A stretch of 64,000 bases of DNA from Macrostomum lignano (lineage: Eukaryota), in assembly GCA_002269645.1 (NCBI GenBank), contig NIVC01002152.1, positions 124,001 through 188,000 on the forward strand, given 5' to 3'. The translations under genes were made by a program, and so were the position numbers. This document shows positions 1 through 14,991 of the stretch, one piece after another; position 1 is the stretch's first letter, and each line of letters starts with the position of its first letter. The notes beneath the pieces are model-generated. The model did not search any database and had not been told where the DNA came from. It saw only the letters and a program-made list of their open reading frames with translations.

Positions 1-384
1 TGTGATTTACTCTATGCTTGGAGTTTAAAGTGTTGAATTATATAAGCACTAAATTTCATGCTATCAAAACAATGAGAGCTAGCCTAGAGGTAAATAGACC
101 AAACTGCTAAATTCAGCGATGATGGTTCAAATTTTCTTAGAGTAGAATTGTTAAATTAATGCTTCTAAAAACTAAAACTAAAAAACTTTTTAAAAAGAAG
201 TGTCATATAAAAATTATAGAAGTGTCATATAAAAAAATCATAAAAGCATCATGTAAAAAATTATAGAGGTGTCATGTAAAAAATTCAAGAAATGTTGTAA
301 AAATTCCAGAAACGTCATGTAAAAAATTATAGAAGGGTCATGTAAAAATAATAATAAAAGAAAGAATAATAAAAGAAGTGTCAT

Positions 385-1590
385 GTCAGACATAAAAGAA
401 GTATTGTGTAAAAATCAAAAGAAGCATAATGTCAAAAATAAAAGAAGCATCACATAAAACTGTGCTGTGACTCTTAAGGAGAATTACTCCTCAAGGCACA
501 CTCAAGGCTCACAGAGAATAACTGAGATGTAAAGGATTATAGTGGGATTTCTGAGATGTCAAGGCAAAAGTCAAGCTACATGTACTGTGCTCAATTTTTT
601 TTTATATTCTTTGTTGGCTTGCCACGGGGGGCGCTGATAAAAGAAGCATCATGTAAAAAGAAAAGAAGCATTATGTAGACATAAAAAAGAGTCATGTCGA
701 AGTTAAAAGATTCATTTGGGAATTGCTACAATGTCAAAGCTTGGAGGGAATCGCTATAGTGCTGTGATTCTTGGGGAGGAATCACTAAAATGTCAAGGCT
801 TAGGGGAGAAGAACTTTTGCAATGTAAAGGCTTTGACAGGTGACAGGTGATTTTTCAGATTTCAAGGTTTATGGGGGGCATTGCTAAGATGTCAAGACTT
901 GCAAGGGGAATAGCTGAGATGTCAAGGCTCCCAAGGGATTGCTAAAGTTATTGCAAAGAGAAGCTGTAGTTTAAACAGGTATAAACATGTAGTTTATTCT
1001 AAAGTAGAATAAAGCCTTGACAAAAGAAGCGTCATGTCAGTCAGACATGAAGGAAGTGTAATATCAGAAATGAAACTGTGAAACTGTGCTATGACTTTTG
1101 AGGAGAATTACTATGATGTCAAAGCTTATGGGGGAATAGCTAAGATGTCAAGGCTCATAGGGGAATAAATGAGATGTCAAGGCTAAAGTCAGAAGCTATA
1201 TGTAGTTTATTCAACTTTATTCACTGATAAAAAAGTTCATTTAAAAAAACAAAAGAAGCGTCATGTCAAAGTTAAGAGATTTATTTGGGAATATCTACAA
1301 TGTTGAGGGTTGCAGGGAATTGATATGATGATGTAGTGCTATAATGACTCTTGGTGAGAATTACTAAAATGTCAATGCTTAAGGGTTAGGGTTAGGCTAG
1401 GGTTAAGGTTATATTAAGGTTATATTAGGCTAGGGTTAGGCTTAGAAGCTAGGTTGACCAATTTTTTAAGATGTCAAGGGGGGGTTGATATGTTAAAGCT
1501 TGAGGCGGAATTGCTGACACGTCAAGGTTTACAAGGGACTACTAAGGTATAATGCAAAGAAATGCTACATGTAGTTCATTAAAAAACTTT
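385..1590. repeat. Degenerate ~600-bp tandem duplication built of short subrepeats (GAGATGTCAAGG, GTCATGT), probably in HCF intron 1
   Basis: Colinear matching blocks, e.g. ACTGTGCTGTGACTCTTAAGGAGAATTACT (~459) vs ACTGTGCTATGACTTTTGAGGAGAATTACT (~1083), and GTCATGTCGAAGTTAAAAGATTCATTTGGG (~691) vs GTCATGTCAAAGTTAAGAGATTTATTTGGG (~1260). Boundaries approximate. Confidence 0.5.
1379..1455 (+). repeat. Short degenerate interstitial telomere-like (TTAGGG) tract
   Basis: TTAAGGGTTAGGGTTAGGCTAGGGTTAAGG...TAGGCTAGGGTTAGGCTTAG. Confidence 0.5.
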
Positions 1591-2588
1591 TACTGCATTT
1601 TTTTGGCTCCCCAATGGGGGGTGCTGATTGCTAGTATGAGCTAAAATAAAACAGAATTTTAAATTTAATTAAAAAGGCCTTAAAATGCAACAAAATTGAT
1701 CTGTTAATTTAAATTTTAATTTAATTTGAATTTTACTAGATTTTTTAGTATTACTACACACTAGTGCTCCACTATATAGGTATTTTTATATCAAACAAAT
1801 ATAAGACTTAGTGCTAAAATTTGTATTTTAGCTTTGCACATAGTGCATGCTCCAAAAGAGATGATAAAAAATATACTATACTATATAAAAATATACTATG
1901 TATAGTAGAAAATTGATGCACACAAACATTTGTTTTAATGCCTTATTACAAACTTAAAAACTGGAAAGCTTGCAATTTATGCTTAAAAATGAACTTTTTA
2001 ATCTTTATTTCACTTAATAGAAAGTCTTCTGCGTGATTCTATAAAGTGCATGCCAAGTATATATGCACACTTTTTTTAGGAATAATGCATACCAACAGTG
2101 CAAGCCTAACTTTTCAATCCATCAATTTTTTCCATTTTATTGTAATCCATAAAAAATCATTTTAGCAAAACTGAAAACCACCAAAATCCTCTCCAAGAAA
2201 TAGAAATCTATCAAAATCCTCTCTATGAAAACTGAAATCCTCTTGATTAAACAGACATTCAATACACATCAGCAGTTAAAAATTGAAAGCTACTTCCTCT
2301 CTTCCATTTTTCAAAACATGCCACTAACCCATCTAAAGAGACAAACAGACTAAAGAAGGTTATAGAAGTGGTTTATGCTTGTTAACAACCTTAATTTTGA
2401 AATTTTCAACATTAAAATTGGCTATTTGTTGCATAGAAATATTCTGCATTGTTATATGTAAAAGTTTACTAGCCGTTTAACTGAGATGGGCAAATAGTCT
2501 GCTAGATTAAATTGTCTTAGTTTCCAAGTAGTTAACAATGGCGTATGGTCTAATTAATCTAACATATTCTACCCCCAACCCAACGCAG

Positions 2589-5500
2589 CCACTGGCCAGT
2601 GGTTCCAGCCGCAGGTGCGAGGCGATGTGCCACACGGCTGCGCCGCCTTCGGCTTTGTAGCCGATGGCACCCGAATTCTACTATTTGGCGGCATGATGGA
2701 ATACGGCCGCTATTCTGACGAAGTATTCGAATTGCAGGCCACCAGATGGGAGTGGAAACGGATTAAACCGAAGCCGCCGCGTCACGGTCCGCCGCCCTGC
2801 GCCAGACTCGGCCACTCGTTCACCCTGGCCGGCGGCCGGGCCATCCTATTCGGCGGCCTGGCCAACAAGAGCACCGATTTGAAGGCCAACGTGCCGCATT
2901 ATTTAGACGACCTGTACGCCATGGACGTGAAGGCCGGCAGCACCGCCTGGGATCTGCTGAAGCCGGCCGGCATGACGCCTTGCCCGCGCGAGTCGCACTC
3001 GGCCGTGTCCTTCCAAACTGCCGGCGTTAATAACCAACGTAAATGGCACCTGCTAGTGTTTGGCGGCATGAACAATGGCACTAGGCTTAACGATCTGTGG
3101 CAATTGGATTTGGATTCGCTGGTTTGGACCAGGCCAATGGTGCACGGTAGTCCGCCGGCGCCAAGGTCGCTGCATAGCGCCACTATGATTGGCGCTAAAA
3201 TGTTCGTGTTCGGCGGCTGGGCAGCCATGACCGAGCGAGACAAGGCCGAGGCGCTCAGCGTTGGCGACACCGTCCAGGCCGAGTCCGAGTGGCGCTGCAC
3301 CAACACCCTGGCCTGTCTGGACTTGGAGACTCTTAATTGGCACGTGTACGACTATCCCAGTAGTGCCGCCGCCGACGATCTGGTGCCGAGGCCGCGCGCC
3401 GGCCACTGCGCCGTGTCCGTCAATAGCCGACTGTGGATTTGGTCCGGGAGAGACGGCTTTCGCAAGGCCTGGGGCAATCAGGTTTGTTGGATTGGCTTTT
3501 GGGCCGCCCCTTTTCCTTTGCCCTAAAGAGGGTCCTCACCGCCTTCAGTTTGCTCAGTATGGCGCCCCTCTAGTATATATTATGGTGCCCCTCTAGTGTC
3601 TATTATGGCGCCCCTCTAGTGTCTATTATGGTGCCCCTCTGGTGTATATTATGGTGCCCCTCTAGTGTATATTATGGCGCCCCTCTGGTGTATATTATGG
3701 TGCCCCTCTAGTGTATATTATGGTGCCCCTCTCGTGTATATTATGGTGCCCCTCTGGTGTATATTATGGCGCCCCTCTGGTGTATATTATGGTGCCCCTC
3801 TGGTGTATATTATGGCGCCCCTCTGGTGTATATTATGGTGCCCCTCTGGTGTATATTATGGCGCCCCTCTGGTGTATATTATGGTGCCCCTTCTGGTGTA
3901 TATTATGGTGCCCCTTCTGGTGTATATTATGGTGCCCCTCTGGTGTATATTATGGTGCCCCTCTGGTGTATATTATGGTGCCCGTGCCCCTCTAGTGTAT
4001 ATAATGGCGCCCCTCTGGTGTATATTATGGTGCCCGTGCCCCTCTAGTGTATATAATGGCGCCCCTCTGGTGTATATTATGGTGCCCCTCTGGTGTATAT
4101 TATGGCGCCCCTCTGGTGTATATAATGGCGCCCCTCTAGTGTATATTATGGTGCCCCTCTGGTGTATATAATGGCGCCCCTCTGGTGTATATAATGGCGC
4201 CCCTCTGGTGTATATTATGGTGCCCCTCTAGTGTATATTATGGTGCCCCTCTGGTGTATATTATGGCGCCCCTCTGGTGTATATTATGGTGCCCCTCTGG
4301 TGTATATTATGGCGCCCCTCTGGTGTATATTATGGTGCCCCTCTAGTGTATATTATGGTGCCCCTCTGGTGTATATTATGGTGCCCCTCTAGTGTATATT
4401 ATGGTGCCCCTCTGGTGTATATTATGGTGCCCCTCTGGTGTATATTATGGCGCCCCTCTGGTGTATATTATGGTGCCCCTCTGGTGTATATTATGGTGCC
4501 CCTCTGGTGTATATTATGGTGCCCCTCTGGTGTATATTATGGTGCCCCTCTAGTGTATATTATGGTGCCCCTCTGGTGTATATTATGGCGCCCCTCTGGT
4601 GTATATTATGGTGCCCCTCTAGTGTATATTATGGTGCCCCTCTAGTGTATATTATGCTGCCCCTCTAGTGTATATTATGGTGCCCCTCTGGTGTATATTA
4701 TGGCGCCCCTCTGGTGTATATTATGGTGCCCTTCTGGTGTATATTATGGTGTCCCTCTGGTGTATATAATGGCGCCCCTCTGGTGTATATAATGGCGCCC
4801 CTCTGGTGTATATAATGGCGCCCCTCTGGTGTATATTATGGTGCCCCTCTGGTGTATATTATGGCGCCTCTCTGGTGTATATTATGGTGCCCTTCTGGTG
4901 TATATAATGGCGCCCCTCTGGTGTATATTATGGCGCCCCCACTTATGGTTAAAATCCGCCCCCCTCATTTTATATTTCCAAATCCGTCTCTGGTCCTTTG
5001 GTTGGTCCGCTTCCCCTCACGCCCTTTGATTCTCTGTTTTCTGAATCTCACCCATTACATCAGTGTCAGACTGGCCGCATAACACTCGCAGGTGTGCTTC
5101 AAAGATCTCTGGCTACTGGAGACGGACGCTCCGCCAGTGGTTGGCCGAGTCCAGCTAGTCAAAGCCAATACGCACAGTTTAGACGTGTGCTGGCCAGCTG
5201 TAGCCACAGCTGACGAATACGTGCTGCAGATTCAAAAGTACGACTTAGTAGTGCCGGCTCCGACGCCTCCGCCAACGCCGACTTCGGCTATTCAACCCGG
5301 CGTTGCCGCCCTGATGGCCGCAGGCGTACCCGTGTCGGCCTCGATGGCAGCCGGCGGCGGCGGCGGTGTTGCCAGGGTGACTCTGCAGCCGCAGCGCGTG
5401 GCCCCGACCGTGGTTGTCAGCCGGCCAGCCCAGGTGATCCAATTAGCCAGGCCGGCTGGCCAGCTCGCTCAGCAGCAGATGATGACTCTGGTGAAGACGC

Positions 5501-6864
5501 CCACAGGCCAGCAGATTCTCCGGCCAACCATGTCCAGCGCATCGCAGGTTGTGAAGCTGCTGCCGCAGCAGGCTAGGCCTCTGGCTCCTGGCGCTACCGG
5601 CACCTCCAAGTACATCATCGCTGCTAGCCGCGGCTCTATCGGCCAGCCGCAGGCGCAGGGCGCAGCCACCGCATCGCCAATCATTGTCATGAATGCGTCA
5701 GCCAGCGGTCAGCAGCAGCAGGCGCCATCATTCACTGTCAAGCCGGTCATCAGTACCGGCGGCACTGGCGCCTCAGCCTCAACTTCTGACGCTGGCGGCT
5801 CCTCAACAATTCCGCAATTCGACGGCGCTGTTGATGAAGGCGACGAGGCTGCCGGAGCGGACAAGCCTGATGGCCATCAGGCCGCCGCTTCGTCGGCGTC
5901 GACTTCGGGCGCGGCTCCGACAACGTCCGGCGCCGCAGCCGCTACGGCATCCGGCGGCAGCGAGGATTTGCCGACCGACCTGCCCTACGACCTGTTCGCC
6001 ACGGTGGCCGACTCGGCCAACGGCACGCCCGGCCTGCTGGCCGATCCCCTGGCCACCCTGGCCAGCGTGGCCGCCGCCGGCCTGAAAAAAGCTACGCCAG
6101 CCGCCACAGTTTCAACAACATCGTCTTCGGCTAATCCGCTTGTGGCATCCGGCGTGTCGCCGGCCTCGTCGTCCAATGCCGACGGCAGCGGCGGGCTCTG
6201 GCACGACGTGGCCACGGTGCGCGGCACCTCCTATTGCGTGCGCAATTACCTGGCTCCCAACAGTGCCGGCGTACTCGAACGCTGCGACCTGACGCCTGGC
6301 ACTGCTTACAGATTCCGCGTGTGCGCTGTTAACGCCTGCGGCCGCGGGCCCTGGTCCGAGGTGGCCGCCTACAAAACCTGCGTGCCCGGCTTCCCAGGCG
6401 CTCCGTCGGCTATTAAAATTAATAAGTCAGATTTCGGCGCCCAGCTGTCCTGGGAGCCGCCGCCGCCCAGCGCCCCGGGTTCCGGCGACATATTCGAGTA
6501 CACGGTGTACTTAGCTGTGAAACCGGCCCCTGTCGGTGCCAGCAGCATCGAGGCCAAGACGGCCGGCGGCCAGCAGCAGATGTCATTCGCTAGAGTGTAC
6601 TGCGGCTCCCAGCCATTCTGCCAGGTGTCCAACCAGAGCCTGGCCGCCGCCTACATCGATATGAGCAGCAAGCCGGCTGTCATATTTCGCATCGCCGCTA
6701 GGAATGACAAAGGCTACGGGCCGGCTACTCAGGTCCGCTGGCTGCAGGAGGGCGCCTCAGCCCTGCCAGGCGTTGGCATTGGGGGCGGCGGCCTGGCTAC
6801 AGGCAGCAAGCGGCTGGCCCAGGATCCCATGCAGCAGGCTAAACGGGCCAAGGATGATTATTAA
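2589..6864 (+). CDS. HCFC1: Host cell factor (HCF-1/HCF-2-like): Kelch beta-propeller, split FN3 self-association elements, C-terminal bipartite NLS; 5'-partial
   Basis: Exons 2589-3481 (after CAACGCAG, phase 1, ATGQWFQPQVRGDVPHGCAAFGF...RKAWGNQ) and 5092-6864 (VCFKDLWLLETDAPPVVGRVQLVKANTHSLDVCW...RNDKGYGPATQVRWLQE...KRLAQDPMQQAKRAKDDY*). Intron 3482-5091 is GT...AG, phase 0. Motifs closely match human HCFC1 as recalled. The exon for the first ~64 aa was not found in 1-2588. Confidence 0.95.
3558..4940. repeat. 23-bp minisatellite (CCCCTCTGGTGTATATTATGGTG), ~60 copies, filling an HCF intron
   Basis: Direct inspection; source of the MYIMVPLWCILW ORFs. Confidence 0.95.
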
Positions 6865-7029
6865 TCTCTGTTGAATTAGTCGATTGCATTGCTTGGACTG
6901 AATCAATTTCTCGGTTTTCTCCATTAATATTTGTATATGCTTTTTTTATAGTGTTTTTTTATATTTTTGCCCCAACTTTTTTGCTAATCTCTTTGAAGTT
7001 ACCGCCGTAGTAACGTAGGATTTCCCTAG

Positions 7030-7575
7030 TTACTGTCTCTAGCACCATAGCAACGCATGATTTACCATAATTACGGTCGCTACCACTATGACAACAGCAT
7101 AGCAACGTAGGATTTACTTTATTTGCGATCGTTGACACCATGGCAACAGCATAGCAACGTAGGATTTACTTTATTTGCGATCGTTGACACCATGGCAACA
7201 GCATAGCAACGCAGGGTTTGCTTTAGTTACGGTCGTTGACACCATGGAAACAGCATAGCAACGTAGGATTTACTTTATTTGCGATCGTTGACACCATGGC
7301 AACAGCATAGCAACGCAGGGTTTGCTTTAGTTACGGTCGTTGACACCATGGAAACAGCATAGCAACGTAGGATTTACTTTATTTGCGATCGTTGACACCA
7401 TGGCAACAGCATAGCAACGCAGGGTTTGCTTTAGTTACGGTCGTTGACACCATGGAAACAGCATAGCAACGTAGGATTTACTTAGTTACGGTCGTTGACA
7501 CCACGGAAACAGCATAGCAACGTAGGATTTACTTGGTTACGGTCGTTGACACCATGGCAGCAGCATAGCAACCCA
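7030..7575. repeat. 52-bp minisatellite with alternating A/B variants, downstream of the HCF stop (probable 3' UTR)
   Basis: A = AGCATAGCAACGTAGGATTTACTTTATTTGCGATCGTTGACACCATGGCAAC; B = AGCATAGCAACGCAGGGTTTGCTTTAGTTACGGTCGTTGACACCATGGAAAC. Order about A,A,B,A,B,A,B, then hybrids. Confidence 0.9.
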
Positions 7576-8734
7576 TGAGGTTTATAGCGGCCTAGTAGCA
7601 CAGTTGACCCCAGTCCAATGCTGCTTATGCTTATCCAGTTAAATATGATGATTTAATTTTTTGTATACTTGAAACTTGAATTTATTAATTTGATTTGTTA
7701 GTAGTCAGTTAGGTGTTTTTCTCTTTTATTTACAATTCCTCATTTGGTAAATCAGCTGGAGTGAATCGGCTGATTTGGCTAAGTAATGAAGCTAAATAAT
7801 TAATTTTCATCCCCTTCTAGCGTCTAACTTATTCATTTTTTCCCTGCTGTGCAGCGCTTAGTAGTTTTATTTATAAATTGTCCTCGAACTCACTGCTTCT
7901 GCGTTTTGTTATTTATTTATTTATTTACGTAGCACCTGCTGTTTAATGTCTGTAAATTTTTGTTTTTCGTTTATATTTATTGTTTAGTTCGCCATTCATA
8001 TGCGTGTGTGTTATATTATATTATTACTACTAATATTCATCTGTGCAGCTATGTAAATCTTAAAACTAAAAAGGCTCATATTTCAGCCTATTGTGTAATT
8101 ATGCGTAATTGTTAATAAGCTTTGTTTGTAATTTAATTAGCAATAATGTGCTGATCATTAGTTATGTGTTATCAGCAAGTTTAGTCTGAATTTTTGCTGC
8201 AGTTAATAAATTTTTCATCCTATATTCGATACGTACTACTCATAACCACAAGTAAGCTGGTGTTTCTGTTACTATTCATGTCCGCTGTTTACTAATTTAG
8301 TTGTTATTAATCTTAATTATTGACTGGCAAGTTTTTTAATTTGTAAATAGATCTATCCAATGACACTACTTATATTAGTAATATAAATTCACACGAACAT
8401 TTCTGCAATTGCAAGAACTTATTCAAAAAATAAATAAATCAAATGCAACGTAGCCTTAACTTGTTGCCTGTAAATACATAATTTAATTAATGCTATTTAA
8501 TAATTTATTCCGATCAGAGTGGGAAAAATGATTTTGAATTAAGTATTGTTGATAGAGTCATTTATTTATTGTTTAAAGCCTGTAGTAAAAGAGTGCCTAT
8601 CTAGCGATATTTATTTGAAAGGCCCAATTTCAATTCAATATAATATTTTTAAATTAGTGAGTGATGAATAAAAAACCTGGCTAATTGAAGTTTCTGAAAT
8701 TTTCATTGGCGTTCTCGTGCTTACTAACAGGTCA

Positions 8735-9011
8735 TTCAGGGTCCTGATAGAGAGTTGACAGCGGATACCTGTTGTTTTGGCCATAGACATTCTCAGACAC
8801 TACTACGAGCGTAAGAGAGGTTTGCTCTGCTCTGGGGGGGGGAGTCGCCACACAATTACCCCAGCTAATGCTGGCACTCATTTTACAGCTGAGCGAACTG
8901 TAGCATTGCAGAGTTGAGTGTCTTGCTCGAAGACACGTTGTTCCGAGTACGTCGAAAATCGAACCCCGACCTTTCAGTCGTGAGTTCGCTCTAACCACTG
9001 GCTATAACCCC
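8735..9011 (-). mobile_element. tRNA-derived CORE-like SINE, copy 1 (divergent 3' part), just downstream of the fibrinogen-domain gene stop
   Basis: Minus strand starts GGGGTTATAGCCAGTGGTTAGAGCG (A box) ... GGGGTTCGATTTTCGA (B box), then a CORE-like body. TTACTAACAGG at 8721-8731 and 9030-9040 may be a TSD. Confidence 0.75.
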
Positions 9012-9092
9012 TTGTCCGAAAAGTAACGATTACTAACAGGCAACAGCGGTCCTAGTTGAAGCGCGTTTGTCAATTCAACCATCGTTAGCTGG

Positions 9093-12621
<3,529 letters not shown>

Positions 12622-13100
12622 TCTGTGCGGCTCGCGTGTATGCTGGACAAGTCTAAGGCTGAGATTTTCCTCTGAGGGGTTTGAACGATGCATCAGTTTA
12701 ATTTATGCTAAATATCAGTTATTGATCTCTTGCTTAGGCTCTGGATTAAAGCAGTTGCCATGCGTTCTTGATGGTTCAATTGATATGACTTAACTCATCT
12801 GCAAACCGCATCAGCAAACTGCATGATACGAATGAATAATCCGCAACATAGAAAATCGAAGAACACATCTGCACCCAGAGTTGCAAAACTTGTCATAGAT
12901 TTTAGAATGCGATTGACGAATTATTAAACAACTGCAGTCTAACTATCATGCTGAATATGTTACGCTGCCCTAGAGACTGTCTCTGTAGGATTTTAGCATC
13001 TATCAGAGTCCTTCATCATCTGGAATAGCGGCAAAGAATGTATATATCAGTGTGTAAAAGGGTCACAAAAGTTTTCCTTCTGTTTATTTATTACACTTGT

Positions 13101-13347
13101 AGCTGCAGCTATGGCGCGGCGCATCTGAAGGCTGCGCACGGCTGTTCAGTCCAAGGACTGGGGGGTCGCCACACACAGCCTCAAATACCCCAGCTAATGC
13201 TGGCACCCATTTTACAGCTGGGTGAACTGAAGCAATGCAGAGTTAAGTGTCTTGTTCAAGTACACCAACTGTTCCGATTTGGTCGAGAATCGAACCCCCG
13301 ACCTTTCATTCGTGAGTCCGACACTCTTACCACTAGGCTGCAACCCC
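13101..13347 (-). mobile_element. tRNA-derived CORE-like SINE, copy 2 (lacks 3' tail)
   Basis: Minus strand GGGGTTGCAGCCTAGTGGTAAGAGTGTCGGACTCACGAATGAAAGGTCGGGGGTTCGATTCTCGACC, then GTGTACTTGAACAAGACACTTAACTCTGCATTGCTTCAGTTCACCCAGCTGTAAAATGGG. Confidence 0.85.
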
Positions 13348-14191
13348 AGGCCAAGAACTACGAGTCTCGTATCTATACTGCTCAAGCCTCATTCCCTGCA
13401 TAGCCTGCTTGTTTTTAACAAAAACGCTGTGTAGAGAAATGGTCCCTCGGTCCCGCCAAAAAAATCGATAATGCGTGAGGGTTGAAGTAGAACAGGATAG
13501 TAGATACAGAGCAAGCCATTCTCTCAGTGCTAATGAACACAAAATTTACCTCGCTACTAGAATCAGAGTCTGGTTCCTGACGTTCGCGAGGACTTGCGAA
13601 CTGGTGCTTCATTTATGACTTCACGAGCCACGGGAAGCACAACGGCCGTTTCAGTAACGCAACAACAATGAGATGCGAGTACAGCAGTGCGTGAGCCGAT
13701 GTTTGCCAACCCTGTAGCTTTGCTGATTGTACTTTTAATTTATAATAAGTTAGGCTTTCATATCAGATGAATTGACATTTCGTATTTGGACGGAGTGACA
13801 ATTGTTCTCTTTTGAGATACTTTCTGCTTGCACATGATTTATTTGTCGATGCTTAATCCTATAATCCCAATCTTCTAATAATGCTTGAAATCCCAGTCTT
13901 CTAAAAATTCTAGGAATCGCGAACTCTCAATGCTGGGAATTCCAATCTCCCAATCTCCCTTTAATCACATCGTTCTAATCAAAATTTGTTTCAAAACACA
14001 CAATGTACGCATAGTTTGTTCCTGATCATATCGGTGTCTGTAATACGCATATTTCATATTTACATGTATGTATTCTTAATTGCATATAGAGCATGGTGTG
14101 AGCCTTATATTGCCCGCTATTCCAAGCAGTTAGTCAAGTTGCGGGCTTAATTTTTCAACCATTTGTCTACCTTTGTATACCGACCTCAAAC

Positions 14192-14273
14192 CCATAGAAT
14201 ATCTTATTTAAACTACTTTAATTTAGCGGGATGCATTCAGATAAATCCCGGATCCATACTTGTATGTCTATGG
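14192..14273. mobile_element. Mini-MITE with CCATAGA...TCTATGG termini
   Basis: CCATAGAAT...GCGGGAT...ATCCCG...ATGTCTATGG; same layout as 14889-14991. Confidence 0.45.
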
Positions 14274-14489
14274 TTGAAGTTGGGGATGGGGGTGTGGGGG
14301 CGAAGCCCCCACAATCTTATCATATACAAAATTTCATTAAGAAATTTCCGAGTCACGAAGGAAGAGAAGAGAGAAGCTCGCTTATTTAGATACATACAAT
14401 AATCCTTGCAATATGTCAGGGAAAGTGATCGATTAAATCCCACAAAATAAAATCTATGTCAATAACCTCCCTGAAAGTGAGCTTTAAGT

Positions 14490-14880
14490 ATCAGATTAAA
14501 CATGCCTTTTGAGGGAGTTATTTGTATAAATGATATATATTTCCCATTTATTTTGTTGTCTAGCGGGCAAAAGCAAGAGGTGTCTCGTTTATTGACCGAG
14601 GCGAAGCCGAGGTCAATGATCGAGACACCGAGTGCTTTTGGCCCTATACAGCTAAATGAGTGGGGAATATGATATGTATCCCCCGTTCGTTGTCTATGGT
14701 TGTTGTCTCGAATTTATCAGCCCGCGGGGCAGCGGGAAATAAATGATTTATTCACCTAGGGAAATAAATGAAAACATGCGTCACATAGACACTCGCCCGG
14801 GGCAAAAGGGGGATACATCACGAGGGCCTGAGGCCCGAGGGATTTATGAAAATAACTCCCGAAAAAGGCATGTGTAATCT
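14490..14880. mobile_element. Palindromic MITE-like element with outer inverted repeats and an inner GCGAAGC-capped hairpin
   Basis: Outer IR CATGCCTTTTGAGGGAGTTATTTGTATAAAT (~14501) vs ATTTATGAAAATAACTCCCGAAAAAGGCATG (~14843). Inner palindrome GGCAAAAGCA..GGTGTCTCG..TTGACC-GAGGCGAAGCCGA-GGTCAA..CGAGACACC..TGCTTTTGGCC (14567-14643). Confidence 0.55.
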
Positions 14881-14888
14881 CGTATAAA

Positions 14889-14991
14889 CCATAGACATTA
14901 AGACTTTGCGGGATATTATTGAATATTACCAAATAAAATCCCGAATTACCAAATTACCAAATTAAATAAAATAAAGTCTTTATTTCTATGG
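14889..14991. mobile_element. ~100-bp mini-MITE with 19-bp imperfect TIRs
   Basis: CCATAGACATTAAGACTTT ... AAAGTCTTTATTTCTATGG. Confidence 0.55.

Noticed and set aside
2787-2810. Apparent substitution at the HCF Kelch residue needed for HBM/VP16 binding (PPCARLGH vs PPCPRLGH)
   Set aside because: Counting against human HCFC1 shows Pro134 is the third Pro of GPPPC, which is conserved; the change is at position 136.
3665-5082. Long ORFs (MYIMVPLWCILW...) overlapping the HCF intron
   Set aside because: Translations of the 23-bp array within a GT-AG intron whose removal restores the conserved NQ|VC junction.
13270-13347. SINE heads as functional tRNA genes
   Set aside because: Anticodon stems do not pair, copies differ by indels, and each continues into the same SINE body.
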